Positions 33,679-43,148 of a DNA stretch of 64,000 nt are shown piece by piece (the stretch's first letter is position 1; each line of letters begins with the position of its first letter). The notes beneath the pieces were generated by a model, which saw only the letters and a program-made list of their open reading frames with translations, was not told where the DNA came from and did no database searches. Source of the stretch: an uncultured delta proteobacterium (GTDB lineage: Bacteria > Desulfobacterota > Desulfobacteria > Desulfobacterales > JAFDCJ01); NCBI GenBank assembly GCA_963769935.1, contig CAVYNY010000001.1, positions 102,471-166,470 of the forward strand. Direction: 5' to 3'. The position numbers and the translations under genes are program-made.

Positions 33679-33936
33679 AATGCCTAAATTGTCTAAAATG
33701 CCTAAAATTTCGGGCTCATGGCCGTCTGAAAACCCATGGAGTGATGGAGCGATGGAGGAATGGAATATGGGGCATCAAAAGCGGATGATGGTCTATTTTT
33801 ATTTTCCGCCTTGTACCATTCATATAAAAACAGATCTAATTCCACCAATCACAATACTCCGACACTCCATTACTCCAATACTCCATCCCGCTGCGGAAAA
33901 TTTCAGTCGATTTAGTCATTTAAAATTTTAGGCATT
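33679..33936. repeat. Nested palindromic repeat element
   Basis: Outer TGCCTAAAA/TTTTAGGCA arms; inner TGGAGNRA/TACTCCA arms at 33736-33886. Confidence 0.8.
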
Positions 33937-33953
33937 TCGCGAGGGAGCGCCTT

Positions 33954-35108
33954 ATGTCATTCAAACTTACCGAAGAACAACTCATGATCCAGTCTATGGT
34001 GCGCGACCTGGCGCGAACGGAATTTGCGCCCGGGGCCAATAAACGGGATCAAAACAAAGAATTCCCCCTGGACAACCTGAAAAAACTTGGGGAGCTGGGT
34101 CTTCTGGGGATGATGGTCCCTCCTCAATACGGCGGCTCAGGGGCCGACACGGTCAGCTATACGCTGGCCCTGGCGGAAGTGGCCTATGCTTGCGCCGCCA
34201 CAGCGGTGGTAATGTCCGTTCACAATTCGATTGTTTGTGAAAGCATCCTGCACTATGGAACCGAGGATCAGAAAAAAAGATATCTCAATCGATTGGCCGC
34301 CGGCGAGCTTCTCGGTGCGTTTGCCTTGACGGAACCCAATGCCGGTTCGGATCCGGTCGGACAAACCACCAAAGCGGTTCGCGACGGCGACGGCTATATA
34401 CTCAACGGCACGAAACGATTTATTACCACGGCCAAAAATGCGGGGTTGATTATTGTGACGGCGAAAACGGATGTAGAAGCTCGCCACAAGGGCATCAGCG
34501 CCTTTATCGTCAAAGGGGGCACAGCGGGATTAAAGGTGGGACCTTTAGAAGACAAAATGGGATTGTGTGCTTCGGATACCGCCGATCTTATTCTGGCAGA
34601 TTGCCGGGTCCCGGCTGAAGATCGCCTGGGAAATGAAGGCGACGGCTTTTTGATTGCCATGAAGGGTCTGGACGGGGGACGTATCGGAATTGCGGCCCAG
34701 TCCGTCGGCGTGGCCAAGGCGGCCTTTGATGCTGCCGTCCAGTATGCCCAGGAAAGGGAGCAGTTCGGCCAGACCATATCCAAGTTTCAGGGATTGCGCT
34801 GGATGATTGCCGACATGGCCACCGAGATCGAGGCGGCCCGGCTGATGATGCTGTCCGCGGCGGAGATGAAGGACAACGGCGAAAACTACACCCTGCAAGC
34901 CTCGATGGCCAAGCTCTTTGCCTCGGAAATGGTCAACCGCATCACGGCCCAAGCGGTACAGATCCACGGCGGCTATGGCTTTACCAAGGAGTATGCGGTC
35001 GAACGCTACTACCGTGATGCCCGCGTCTTCACCATTTACGAAGGCACATCGGAAATTCAGCGCGTGGTCATCTCCAATCACATCCTCAAGGACAAGCGCA
35101 AGCTGTGA
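33954..35108 (+). CDS. Short/branched-chain acyl-CoA dehydrogenase
   Basis: ALTEPNAGSD, KMG, GGRIGIAAQ, HGGYG and IYEGTSEIQ motifs. Confidence 0.95.
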   Translation: MSFKLTEEQLMIQSMVRDLARTEFAPGANKRDQNKEFPLDNLKKLGELGLLGMMVPPQYGGSGADTVSYTLALAEVAYACAATAVVMSVHNSIVCESILHYGTEDQKKRYLNRLAAGELLGAFALTEPNAGSDPVGQTTKAVRDGDGYILNGTKRFITTAKNAGLIIVTAKTDVEARHKGISAFIVKGGTAGLKVGPLEDKMGLCASDTADLILADCRVPAEDRLGNEGDGFLIAMKGLDGGRIGIAAQSVGVAKAAFDAAVQYAQEREQFGQTISKFQGLRWMIADMATEIEAARLMMLSAAEMKDNGENYTLQASMAKLFASEMVNRITAQAVQIHGGYGFTKEYAVERYYRDARVFTIYEGTSEIQRVVISNHILKDKRKL

Positions 35109-35296
35109 ACCGGCGGGCAGAAGACAGAAGGTGAGAAGGTGAGAGGGAGGGAAGGTGGGAAGTGGATTGAAGTTATAAGTTATTGGTTATCGGTTTCAGT
35201 GGATGGACATGAATTTACAATATTTCAAAATTATGATTTAGTTGACTCAATATTCATTGATTAGAGACAGCCGCGGCATAGGGAAGGAATAAAAAA

Positions 35297-35662
35297 ATGA
35301 GAGAATTTAGCGTAATAATAGAAAAAGATGAAGATGGTTTCTTTGTTGCGTCTGTCCCGGCACTGCGAGGTTGTCATACTCAAGCAAAATCTCTTGATAC
35401 ATTGATGAAGAGAATTAAGGGCTCACTCAAAAATAACTTCACATTTTATACGCCGCTGCATCCCGTCTGGCTGCGTTGCGAAAGCTCGGAATATCCAGAT
35501 ATTCCTGCGTTTTCGCGCCTTGCCAGCCGGGCGCCGCAACGCCTAAAATTGTGAACTAATTTTTTCGTGAACCCTAAGGAGGCTATTGAACTCTGCCTTG
35601 AGGTCGAAAAACCGATCTCCAACGAATTTATCGGGGTACAGAAAGTGGCGGTCAACTCATGA
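35297..35662 (+). pseudogene. hicB: HicB-like antitoxin interrupted by a MITE
   Basis: Removing the element and one TAA gives ...VPALRGCHTQA...MKRIKEAIELCLEVE...VNS*. Confidence 0.85.
35419..35574. mobile_element. 156-bp MITE with about 33-bp imperfect TIRs and TAA target duplication
   Basis: GGGCTCACTCAAAAATAACTTCACA versus revcomp GGGTTCACGAAAAAATTAGTTCACA; TAA at 35416-18 and 35575-77. Confidence 0.88.
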
Positions 35663-35748
35663 CCACATTTCCATCAATAACCGGTAGTCACCTTATTCGC
35701 GCCTGGCGAAAGTTGGGTTTTGAAGTAATTCGGATAACTGGAAGATAA
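35659..35748 (+). pseudogene. hicA: HicA-like toxin, truncated after 29 codons
   Basis: MTTFPSITGSHLIRAWRKLGFEVIRITG; ATGA overlap with the hicB stop; cut at a family B2 element before the catalytic GSH. Confidence 0.75.
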
Positions 35749-35840
35749 GACATTATTAGAATCTCGTCCAGCTAACAGAAACAATTCCTCATATCGCACT
35801 CTCCAAGGCGTAGGCTACGAGCAGGAGGCCAGGGAGGGCT
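35738..35840 (+). mobile_element. Family B2 103-bp dispersed repeat, copy 2
   Basis: 97/103 identical to 11884-11986. Confidence 0.85.
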
Positions 35841-35890
35841 GACACCTGAAACCTCTATTCTGCCCTCTGTCATCTGACCTCTGTCTCCGG

Positions 35891-36373
35891 TTATCCCTTG
35901 AATATCTTCGCCGCCAGGTCGATATCTTCCGGGCAGAATACAAACAGGCATTTGGAGTCGGGTGAGTGCACCGAGCCGTAAACATAATTGATGTTGATGC
36001 CTTCCTCGCCGAACTTGGTTGTAATTTTCGCCAGCTCACCGGGCCTGTTCTCCAGTTCCAGGGCGATCACCGGCATGACATCAAAAACGTAGTCGTTCTG
36101 TGACAGCAGGTCGACGGCCTTGTCCGTGTCGCCCACCAGCAGCCGGATCAGCGCATACTCGGCCGAATCTTTGCGCATGGAATTATAACTGGCAGCGGAG
36201 GCGATTCGCTTCAGCGACTTGCCCCGGGCCTTAAACAACTCCTGCACGTAGGATGATGCATCCTGGATGGTGAGGGCATCGATATTCACCCCCTCCTCCC
36301 CAAAGAGCACTGCCAGTTTGCCAAGCTCGCCGGGTACATTTTTCATAAAAAGGGAAATTTCTGTCCGGACCAT
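35891..36373 (-). CDS. ACT-domain protein
   Basis: NVPGELG...GVNI and NRPGELA...GININYVY tandem ACT motifs. Confidence 0.85.
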   Translation of the reverse strand: MVRTEISLFMKNVPGELGKLAVLFGEEGVNIDALTIQDASSYVQELFKARGKSLKRIASAASYNSMRKDSAEYALIRLLVGDTDKAVDLLSQNDYVFDVMPVIALELENRPGELAKITTKFGEEGININYVYGSVHSPDSKCLFVFCPEDIDLAAKIFKG

Positions 36374-36388
36374 TTTCGTCTCCCGATA

Positions 36389-36427
36389 AAATTGCTGTAG
36401 AATCGCTACGCGATTTTACAGCAATTT
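36389..36427. repeat. Near-perfect 39-nt hairpin
   Basis: AAATTGCTGTAGAATCGC-TAC-GCGATTTTACAGCAATTT. Confidence 0.7.
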
Positions 36428-36647
36428 TATGTTAAAAAATTGAAAAAATTTTTCTAAATTAATTTCTGCCGAATATAGGCGAACAGGAAAGGTAAGTCAA
36501 CCATATGATATTTTCAACGAGCACCCGCACCGTCCACCGTCTTCGGGTAGTCACTCGCACTCCCCCGCATAAGTCTTCTCCAATATTTTAAATAGTCTGA
36601 TTAATCGCCGCCTGCATCATAGCATAAAAAAATGCGAAACAAAAAAG

Positions 36648-36743
36648 TAATTAATCCGCCGGACCTTCGGAATATTACCTTTATTCAATTTTCAAACGCA
36701 ATCGGCAACTCAGCCTACCCGGCTTTTATGGGTGGATTAATTA
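36648..36743. mobile_element. Family D element with TAATTAATCCGCC terminal inverted repeats
   Basis: TAATTAATCCGCC...GGTGGATTAATTA; supplies the stop codon of the adjacent gene. Confidence 0.65.
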
Positions 36744-37339
36744 GGGTAATGACCAGCAAATGGTACCGCCCGGATTACACCATCCGCCCTGAAAACCGCC
36801 GAGCCTTCGATCACCCGGATCCGATAGGCAAAATCCGGCGCACCGGTCCACCACTTTTCCAGGGCGTCCCAGGCGGAGATGTTTTTTTTCCTGAGGTTCA
36901 TCGCTTCGGGCAATATCAGGGCCAACAATGTCTGACGCGTATCAAACATGGCCGGCGCTCTGAGCAGATTGGTCTTGCCGGCGGGAATCCACATGGCGTC
37001 CGGTAAGATGACATGGTTGACTTTAAAACCCTCAAACATAATGCCGAACGAAAACCCATCCAGCATCACCGGATACAGGTTGGGATTATAGATTTTATAA
37101 ATGAACGCCATCAGCAAAGGTGCGCCGTAATCATCGGCCTTGCCCCGGGTCGGCTGCACCTCTTTGCTGAAATAGTAAAAACCGGTATAGTAAGAGATTT
37201 CAACATGATCCAGGCCGATTAGCGGATCCTTAAAATTGCTCTCATCAGGCCTCGGCACACTCACGCAGGCTGAAACGAACACAATTATCGCTGTCAAACT
37301 TAGAACCGGAATTATGATTTTTATCTTTGGCATAGGCAA
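36737..37339 (-). CDS. Lipoprotein, LEA_2-like domain
   Basis: Lipobox VSAC; YNPNLYPVML motif. Confidence 0.6.
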   Translation of the reverse strand: MPMPKIKIIIPVLSLTAIIVFVSACVSVPRPDESNFKDPLIGLDHVEISYYTGFYYFSKEVQPTRGKADDYGAPLLMAFIYKIYNPNLYPVMLDGFSFGIMFEGFKVNHVILPDAMWIPAGKTNLLRAPAMFDTRQTLLALILPEAMNLRKKNISAWDALEKWWTGAPDFAYRIRVIEGSAVFRADGVIRAVPFAGHYPN

Positions 37340-37345
37340 CCCTGC

Positions 37346-37488
37346 GATTGAAGATTGTAAATTGAAGATTGAATATTTGTGGCATGCTGTCTATTTTATT
37401 TTCGCCACCGATATTAAAAAGCAATATCATAAATTAAAACGACAGAATTCCTTTATTATTCAATTTTCAATCTTCAATATTCATTCCC
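37346..37488 (-). repeat. Family C palindromic element with ATTGAAG arms
   Basis: Minus-strand AAGGAATTCTGTC...ATGCCACAAATATTCAA. Confidence 0.8.
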
Positions 37489-37494
37489 AAACCC

Positions 37495-38727
37495 CTACCA
37501 GCCGAACCACGCATGGTCCCATTTATCCGGCCAGCGCTCTTTCAAGTCGACAAGCTCGACGAGTTGAAATTCCCGATTTTTTACTTCATAGACCGGCACC
37601 CGGCCGGAGCTGCGGTGATCTCTGGCAGTGTAGGTCAGCGGCGGTACGTTCAGCCCGATATCGAAATCTCTGAAAGTTTCAAAACCATTTTTGAGTATAT
37701 CCTCACCGGACAAACCGCCGGCCCGGTCGGCCCTGTTTAATGCTTCGCGCAGGGCCAGCACATTGGCCCAGGCTTGAACGGTGCGAACCAGACGTCTGCT
37801 GGTGGGCACACCGGGATTGTATTTTTTGCTGTATTCTTTAACCTTGTCCATCAGGGGCGCAGTTTCGCCGTAAAAAGCGCATACGGCAGCCCCCATCACA
37901 CCTTCCGCCGCTTCACCGGCCAGCCTGGGAAGATTTTCATCAAAGGCCCAGTTGTTGACAATGTGATCCGCCCCCAAATCCAGCGCCGAAGCGGCCCTGA
38001 GGGCAGCGGCTACCGACAAAATGGTGTTGCCGTGCCAGACCAGGTCCGGCTGGAAAGCTTTCATAGCGCGCACCTGCGGGTGGGCGTCGACGGCAAATAA
38101 TGAGATGTCCTGATCCGGTCCGATATTAAATCCGAAAAGCTCAGCTTGATCTTTAACCGCCTTGATGGAGGCGCGGGCATAAGAGGAGGCAAACATGAAG
38201 GCACATTGCAAGCGGGGTCGGCGTTTGCCATAATCTCGGTGGGTCGGCCATTTTTCATCAAACCATGCGGTGAGCGCCGCCCTGGCATTGGACGAATAGT
38301 CGGTTGCCGCAAACAGATTAAACGGCGCTTTGGCCGGATCCGTCAGGTAGGCTGAATAGAATGCGGATATATAGGGCATTTTATCTTTTGCAACAATCGG
38401 AGATAAGGCCTCCGTGTCAACGATATGCCATCCTAAAACGGCGCTGACATTAAGCCGCTTGAAAAATTTATATTTCGCAAGTACTTCCGGGACCCGGTAG
38501 CCGTAGTCATATTGATAAAGCTCGATCTTCCTGCCGTTAATTCCCCCTTCGTCATTGATATAGCGAATGGCCTCGGCGATTCCCCGGGCGTAATCCTTAC
38601 CCACATCGGAGGTTGCCCCGCTCATATCGTTAAACGCGCCGATTCTGATATTTTCAGCTCCTGCTGCTGCAGGAAAATCAACGATAATGAACGTTATCAG
38701 AAAAAAAAGGATTAGATTCGATTTCAT
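37495..38727 (-). CDS. ABC substrate-binding protein, LivJ/LivK-like
   Basis: Signal peptide; IG...DMSG.T..VG and IN..GGINGRKI motifs. Confidence 0.88.
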   Translation of the reverse strand: MKSNLILFFLITFIIVDFPAAAGAENIRIGAFNDMSGATSDVGKDYARGIAEAIRYINDEGGINGRKIELYQYDYGYRVPEVLAKYKFFKRLNVSAVLGWHIVDTEALSPIVAKDKMPYISAFYSAYLTDPAKAPFNLFAATDYSSNARAALTAWFDEKWPTHRDYGKRRPRLQCAFMFASSYARASIKAVKDQAELFGFNIGPDQDISLFAVDAHPQVRAMKAFQPDLVWHGNTILSVAAALRAASALDLGADHIVNNWAFDENLPRLAGEAAEGVMGAAVCAFYGETAPLMDKVKEYSKKYNPGVPTSRRLVRTVQAWANVLALREALNRADRAGGLSGEDILKNGFETFRDFDIGLNVPPLTYTARDHRSSGRVPVYEVKNREFQLVELVDLKERWPDKWDHAWFGW

Positions 38728-38896
38728 TCGTACCTGATAAAGAGGAAGGCTCGGTTTAATTTTGATGGGAAAAGAATCTTTTCTTCTTAACTAGTGGTGG
38801 AACGAAAACCCGTCCACCCCAGGTGTTGGGTTTCGCCTTCGGGCATCCATATCTGCGTAAAAGCTTGATTTTCGTACCCCGCAACTCGCAACCCGC

Positions 38897-40423
38897 TCAC
38901 GTCTGCTCCCCTCCATACCGCTTCTTAACCTCAGCCCTATCCGGCTCGCCATTTGCCGACAGGGGAAGCTCGGGTACAAATTGCACATACTGCGGTTTCT
39001 TGTAGGATGCGATGCGTTGGCCGACAAATTTAATCAATTCCTGCGCGGCAAGCGTGTGACCTGACCTCAGCTGACAGACCGCCTTGATGCCTTCTTTCCA
39101 CTTGGGATCCGGTACACCGAAAACCACGGTCTTTCCAACAGCGGGATGTTCGAGAATTGCTTTTTCAACCTCAGCCGGATAGACATTTTCCCCGCCGGGC
39201 TTGATCAGCTCTTTTTCGGCCTTGCGGCCCGCATACCACAAAAAGCCGTCCTCATCAAAACGTCCCAGATCACCGGTGTGATGCCATCCGCCGCGGAAGG
39301 CCCGGGCGGTTTCTTCCGGCAGATTCCAGTAGCCATTGAAAACCATGGGGCCTTTGACGGCAATTTCCCCGATCTCACCGGTGGAGACCGGATTATCCCG
39401 ATCATCCACGAGGCACACATCGGTGAGCTGAAGGGTTCTGCCGGCGGAGCCCGGCTTGTCGGAATAACGTCCTATAGTGGCAATGGCCGATGTTTCCGTC
39501 TGACCGTACAGGCAGTGGAAGGTGCCGCCGGTTAATTCTTGGTACTTCTCGATAACTTCAGGCGATTCCAGTCCGGGGACATGCTGCAGGGATTTGATGC
39601 TCCGGCCGGATTTTTCGCTTTCGGCGAGAATAGACGACAGTATCGGCGCAAAGTCGAAAATGACGGAAACTTTTTTATGCTCGATGAGTTCGGCCGCCCG
39701 GACGGCATCAAATTTGCTCATGTTGATGTTTAAGGCGCCGGCATGAAAGGCGGCCGTGGCCATGAAAAGACCGGCGACATGAAACAGGGGCAGAATGTTG
39801 AGATGAACGTCTTCGGTGGATAAATTCAAGTTAAGAGCGACATGCATGCCGGCACTGATGAAGTTGCGATGGGATAAAAGGGCGCCCCGCGGTCGTCCCG
39901 CCACCGCAGCCGTGTGGATGATGACCAGGCCGTCGCCGTTGGTCAATTCGGTGCGATGAAAATCACCGCGGTTGTTCATCAGAGCACTAAACCCGGTATA
40001 GCCTCCCAAGGGCGGCTTGAGGCTGAAAAAATTTTTTATCGAAGGCAGCCGGTCACGATGCGCCGCGATCAACTCCTGGTATTCTGCGTCGACAAACAAC
40101 GCAGCGGGTTCACCATCATTGAGGTTGAACAGGACTTCATCGATAGAAAGCCGCCAGTTGATGGCCAGAACAATGGCCCCCAGGGCGGCGGCCGCGCCGT
40201 ACAGGACAAAGTACTCAAGGCTGTTTTTACCGTAAACCCCGATGCGATCGCCTTTTGTGATTCCCGCATCTTGAAGTCCCTTGGCCAGTCGATCAACCAT
40301 ATACCGGTATTCGGCAAAAGTAAGTATGCGACCGTCATCGACTTCAAACCACGCCGGTCGGTTTTTGAAGCAGCCGGCGTTGCGTTTGACAAGATCATAA
40401 AACGTGAAATCACTGATTCCCAT
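38897..40423 (-). CDS. Acyl-CoA synthetase (AMP-binding)
   Basis: HTAAVAGRPRG, YGQTE, HTGDLG and GGENVYPAEVE motifs. Confidence 0.92.
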   Translation of the reverse strand: MGISDFTFYDLVKRNAGCFKNRPAWFEVDDGRILTFAEYRYMVDRLAKGLQDAGITKGDRIGVYGKNSLEYFVLYGAAAALGAIVLAINWRLSIDEVLFNLNDGEPAALFVDAEYQELIAAHRDRLPSIKNFFSLKPPLGGYTGFSALMNNRGDFHRTELTNGDGLVIIHTAAVAGRPRGALLSHRNFISAGMHVALNLNLSTEDVHLNILPLFHVAGLFMATAAFHAGALNINMSKFDAVRAAELIEHKKVSVIFDFAPILSSILAESEKSGRSIKSLQHVPGLESPEVIEKYQELTGGTFHCLYGQTETSAIATIGRYSDKPGSAGRTLQLTDVCLVDDRDNPVSTGEIGEIAVKGPMVFNGYWNLPEETARAFRGGWHHTGDLGRFDEDGFLWYAGRKAEKELIKPGGENVYPAEVEKAILEHPAVGKTVVFGVPDPKWKEGIKAVCQLRSGHTLAAQELIKFVGQRIASYKKPQYVQFVPELPLSANGEPDRAEVKKRYGGEQT

Positions 40424-40537
40424 TACGGAGTTCTCCCTCCCTTATTGTGCCCCACGTCGCCCTTGCTGATGCGTCCATTAGTATTCTCTTTTTTCTATCC
40501 CCATGCAGAGTCAAACAGGTTTATGCAATGTTAGCGG

Positions 40538-40930
40538 TCACTTTACCGTAATGACCGGACAATGCGCCTTTAGTATAACGAATTGGGCCGTGGAGCCGAG
40601 CAGCATTTTCTGGGTCTTGGACTTTTTTTCAATGCCGACGAACAGTTGATCGACCTCATTTTCTTTGGCAAATTCGACGATATCTTCGCCGGGCGCCAAT
40701 CCCCTGGCAAGCTGGTGGGTTTCACATTCAATCTTTTCTTCGGCCAGGAATTTTTCCGCGTATAACAGATCTTCTTCGGCCTTTTTGATTTCCTCCAATT
40801 TTTCGGCAGTCCCCCCGCCCATGGAAGTCATGACCAGGACCTTGGCATTAAAAATTTTAGCAAAATGCCTGGCCAGCGCCAGAGCGGATCTTGCTACTTT
40901 CGAACCGTTGTATGCGACTAAAAACTTCAT
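40538..40930 (-). CDS. Universal stress protein
   Basis: LVAYNGS...LLGSTAQFVILKAHCPV. Confidence 0.9.
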   Translation of the reverse strand: MKFLVAYNGSKVARSALALARHFAKIFNAKVLVMTSMGGGTAEKLEEIKKAEEDLLYAEKFLAEEKIECETHQLARGLAPGEDIVEFAKENEVDQLFVGIEKKSKTQKMLLGSTAQFVILKAHCPVITVK

Positions 40931-40964
40931 GGCCCAACTCCTTTCCCGGCGGCTTTGAAATTTG

Positions 40965-41786
40965 CTACATCCAGCGCTTGCGCCGTTTATAGGATTTAAC
41001 ATCTTTAAAGGATTTCCGGCGGCCGCCTTGCGTAACCCCCATGTAAAATTCTTTCACATCCGGATTGTTTTTCAACTCTCCGGAGGGGCCCTCCATCACA
41101 ATCTTGCCGGACTCCATGATGTAGGCGTAGTCTGAAATTTCCAGTGCCATTTTGGCGTTTTGCTCCACCACCAGGATGGTCGTATCCATTTCCTGATTGA
41201 TCCGCTGGACATTTTGAAAAATCTCCTTGACCAAAAGCGGAGCCAGACCGAGGGACGGTTCATCCAGCATCAGCATCTTCGGGGCCGCCATCAACGCCCG
41301 GGCGATGGCAATCATTTGTTGTTCACCGCCGGAGCAATACCCGGCCAGCCGGTGGGTGACCCTGGCCAGGCGCGGGAAATGTTTATACATCAGATTCTTG
41401 TCCTGACGGACGTTTTGCTGCCCATCCTGCCGGGTTATGGATCCCACCCGAATATTCTCATCCACCGTCAGATGCTTGAAAACATGGCGTCCCTCAGGCA
41501 CCATGACCGCACCTTTCTTTACCACCTCGGTTCCCAGCCGGTTGGTGACATCCTTGCCGCCAAACTTAATGTATCCGTCCTTGATGAATCCGTTTTCCGG
41601 TTTGAGCAAACCGCTGATGGCCCGCAAGGTGGTGGTTTTGCCGGCCCCGTTCGTGCCCAGCAACGCGACGATATTGCCTTCGGGCACACTCAGGCTGACG
41701 CCCCGCAGCACCTGGATGATATCGTTATAAACAACTTCGATGTTGTTTACTTCCAGTAAAAGGTGGTTTGATCCCTGGTCGGTCAT
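40965..41786 (-). CDS. ABC ATP-binding protein, LivF-like
   Basis: GTNGAGKTT, PEGR, SGGEQQM and DEPSLGLAP motifs. Confidence 0.92.
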   Translation of the reverse strand: MTDQGSNHLLLEVNNIEVVYNDIIQVLRGVSLSVPEGNIVALLGTNGAGKTTTLRAISGLLKPENGFIKDGYIKFGGKDVTNRLGTEVVKKGAVMVPEGRHVFKHLTVDENIRVGSITRQDGQQNVRQDKNLMYKHFPRLARVTHRLAGYCSGGEQQMIAIARALMAAPKMLMLDEPSLGLAPLLVKEIFQNVQRINQEMDTTILVVEQNAKMALEISDYAYIMESGKIVMEGPSGELKNNPDVKEFYMGVTQGGRRKSFKDVKSYKRRKRWM

Positions 41787-41869
41787 TGTGATTTGTTTTA
41801 TATTTGCAATTGGCGAATCTTTGTGTTGGTTTGAAGCCGGGCAGCGGCCATCCGCTGCCCGGCCGCGGT

Positions 41870-43096
41870 CTAATCTAGCTTTATGAACTTAGAGGTGAAG
41901 GGCGCCCCGACCGCACGGAAGACGCCATTTTCGACGCGATACAGCTGCAGAAGGTCCACCCCCTGATGGTCTGTCTTTGAATAGGTTACCGGTCCGACCG
42001 TTGTCAGCGGAAAGTAGGCATTGTAGCCGTTCATGTCCTGAAGCTCGTCGTAAAGGGTTGCCCGGCTGACTTTCTCGCCCTTGGCTTTTACCCGCCGCAT
42101 GGCTTCAACGGCAATTTCGGTCACCTGAATGCCGTTGGCATAGTTCTGGGAATTGGCGGTTTTATCATCCCGGCCGTATCTTTTGGCCAGCGCCAGCTGG
42201 GCGTCGGTCCATGGCCCGGGCTCGGATGTCAGCCGGTAGGAGGTCGTCCAGTAGAACCCTTCCGCGGCTGAGCCTGCCAGTTCGATCAAATCTGTACCGC
42301 CGGCATAGTGCGCACCCAGAAAGGTCAGCTTGCCGGGTTCGCCCTAGGTTGAGGCGATAACCCCCAGGCTCTGGGCGCTCTTGAGCAGCGTTGCCACCGG
42401 CGGCTGCACCGTGTGGCAAATCACGTACTGCACGCCTTTATTCAACAGGCGCTGCAGCACGGCGGTATTGTCAAGGTCCGCACCGTGTTCGACGACTTCG
42501 ACGATTTCCATCTTGAGACCGGCGGCAACCGCTTTTTTAGTGTCTTCCACCGGTCCGCGGCCGAAGGCGGAGGGATGAATGAACATGGCAACTTTGGGAA
42601 TGCCGGGGCCTTTATGATGGTTGACGATATATTCCGACAAGGCAATCACCTGGTTGGAGTAGGATACGATCGGCAGGAAGATGTAGTGGGAGCCCTCCAG
42701 GTTGCCGGCATGAAAGGAAGCGGGGATCACGGGGATCTTCTCTTCTTCGAAATCTTTTTTCAAGGCCAGGGTGCTGCCGGTCGAATAGTTTAAATACAGC
42801 ACGATGCCTTCATCCAAAAAATCCTCGAAATTGCGTTTGGTGACTTCGGTTTTATAGCCGTCGTCCCGGATATAGGTGACCAGCGTATCATCTCCCAGCA
42901 GCTTTTCATCGTTGACGTAGCGGGTGTAGTCCTCAACGCCCTTCGAATAGGGGCTGCCGGCATCAGATGTCGGACCGGTAATGGCCAGCGAACATCCCAT
43001 TTTATAGGTTTCCGCCGCCTGGCTCTGGGCTGCGAATGCAAAAGCAAAAATACATGCCAATGCGACAACAATAATACTGAATTTTTTGTCCATCAT
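41870..43096 (-). CDS. ABC substrate-binding protein with in-frame TAG at 42344-42346
   Basis: ORFs 42344-43222 and 41870-42289 share one frame: ...VIAST*GEPGKLTFLGAHY... Confidence 0.8.
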
Positions 43097-43148
43097 TTTA
43101 CCCTTCCTTTCCCTTTTGGTTTTCAGGTTAGCTATACACGAGGCCCAA

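Noticed and set aside
35552..35554. TGA inside the hicB MITE as a Sec codon
   Set aside because: It is part of the element's TIR, not a Cys-equivalent position.
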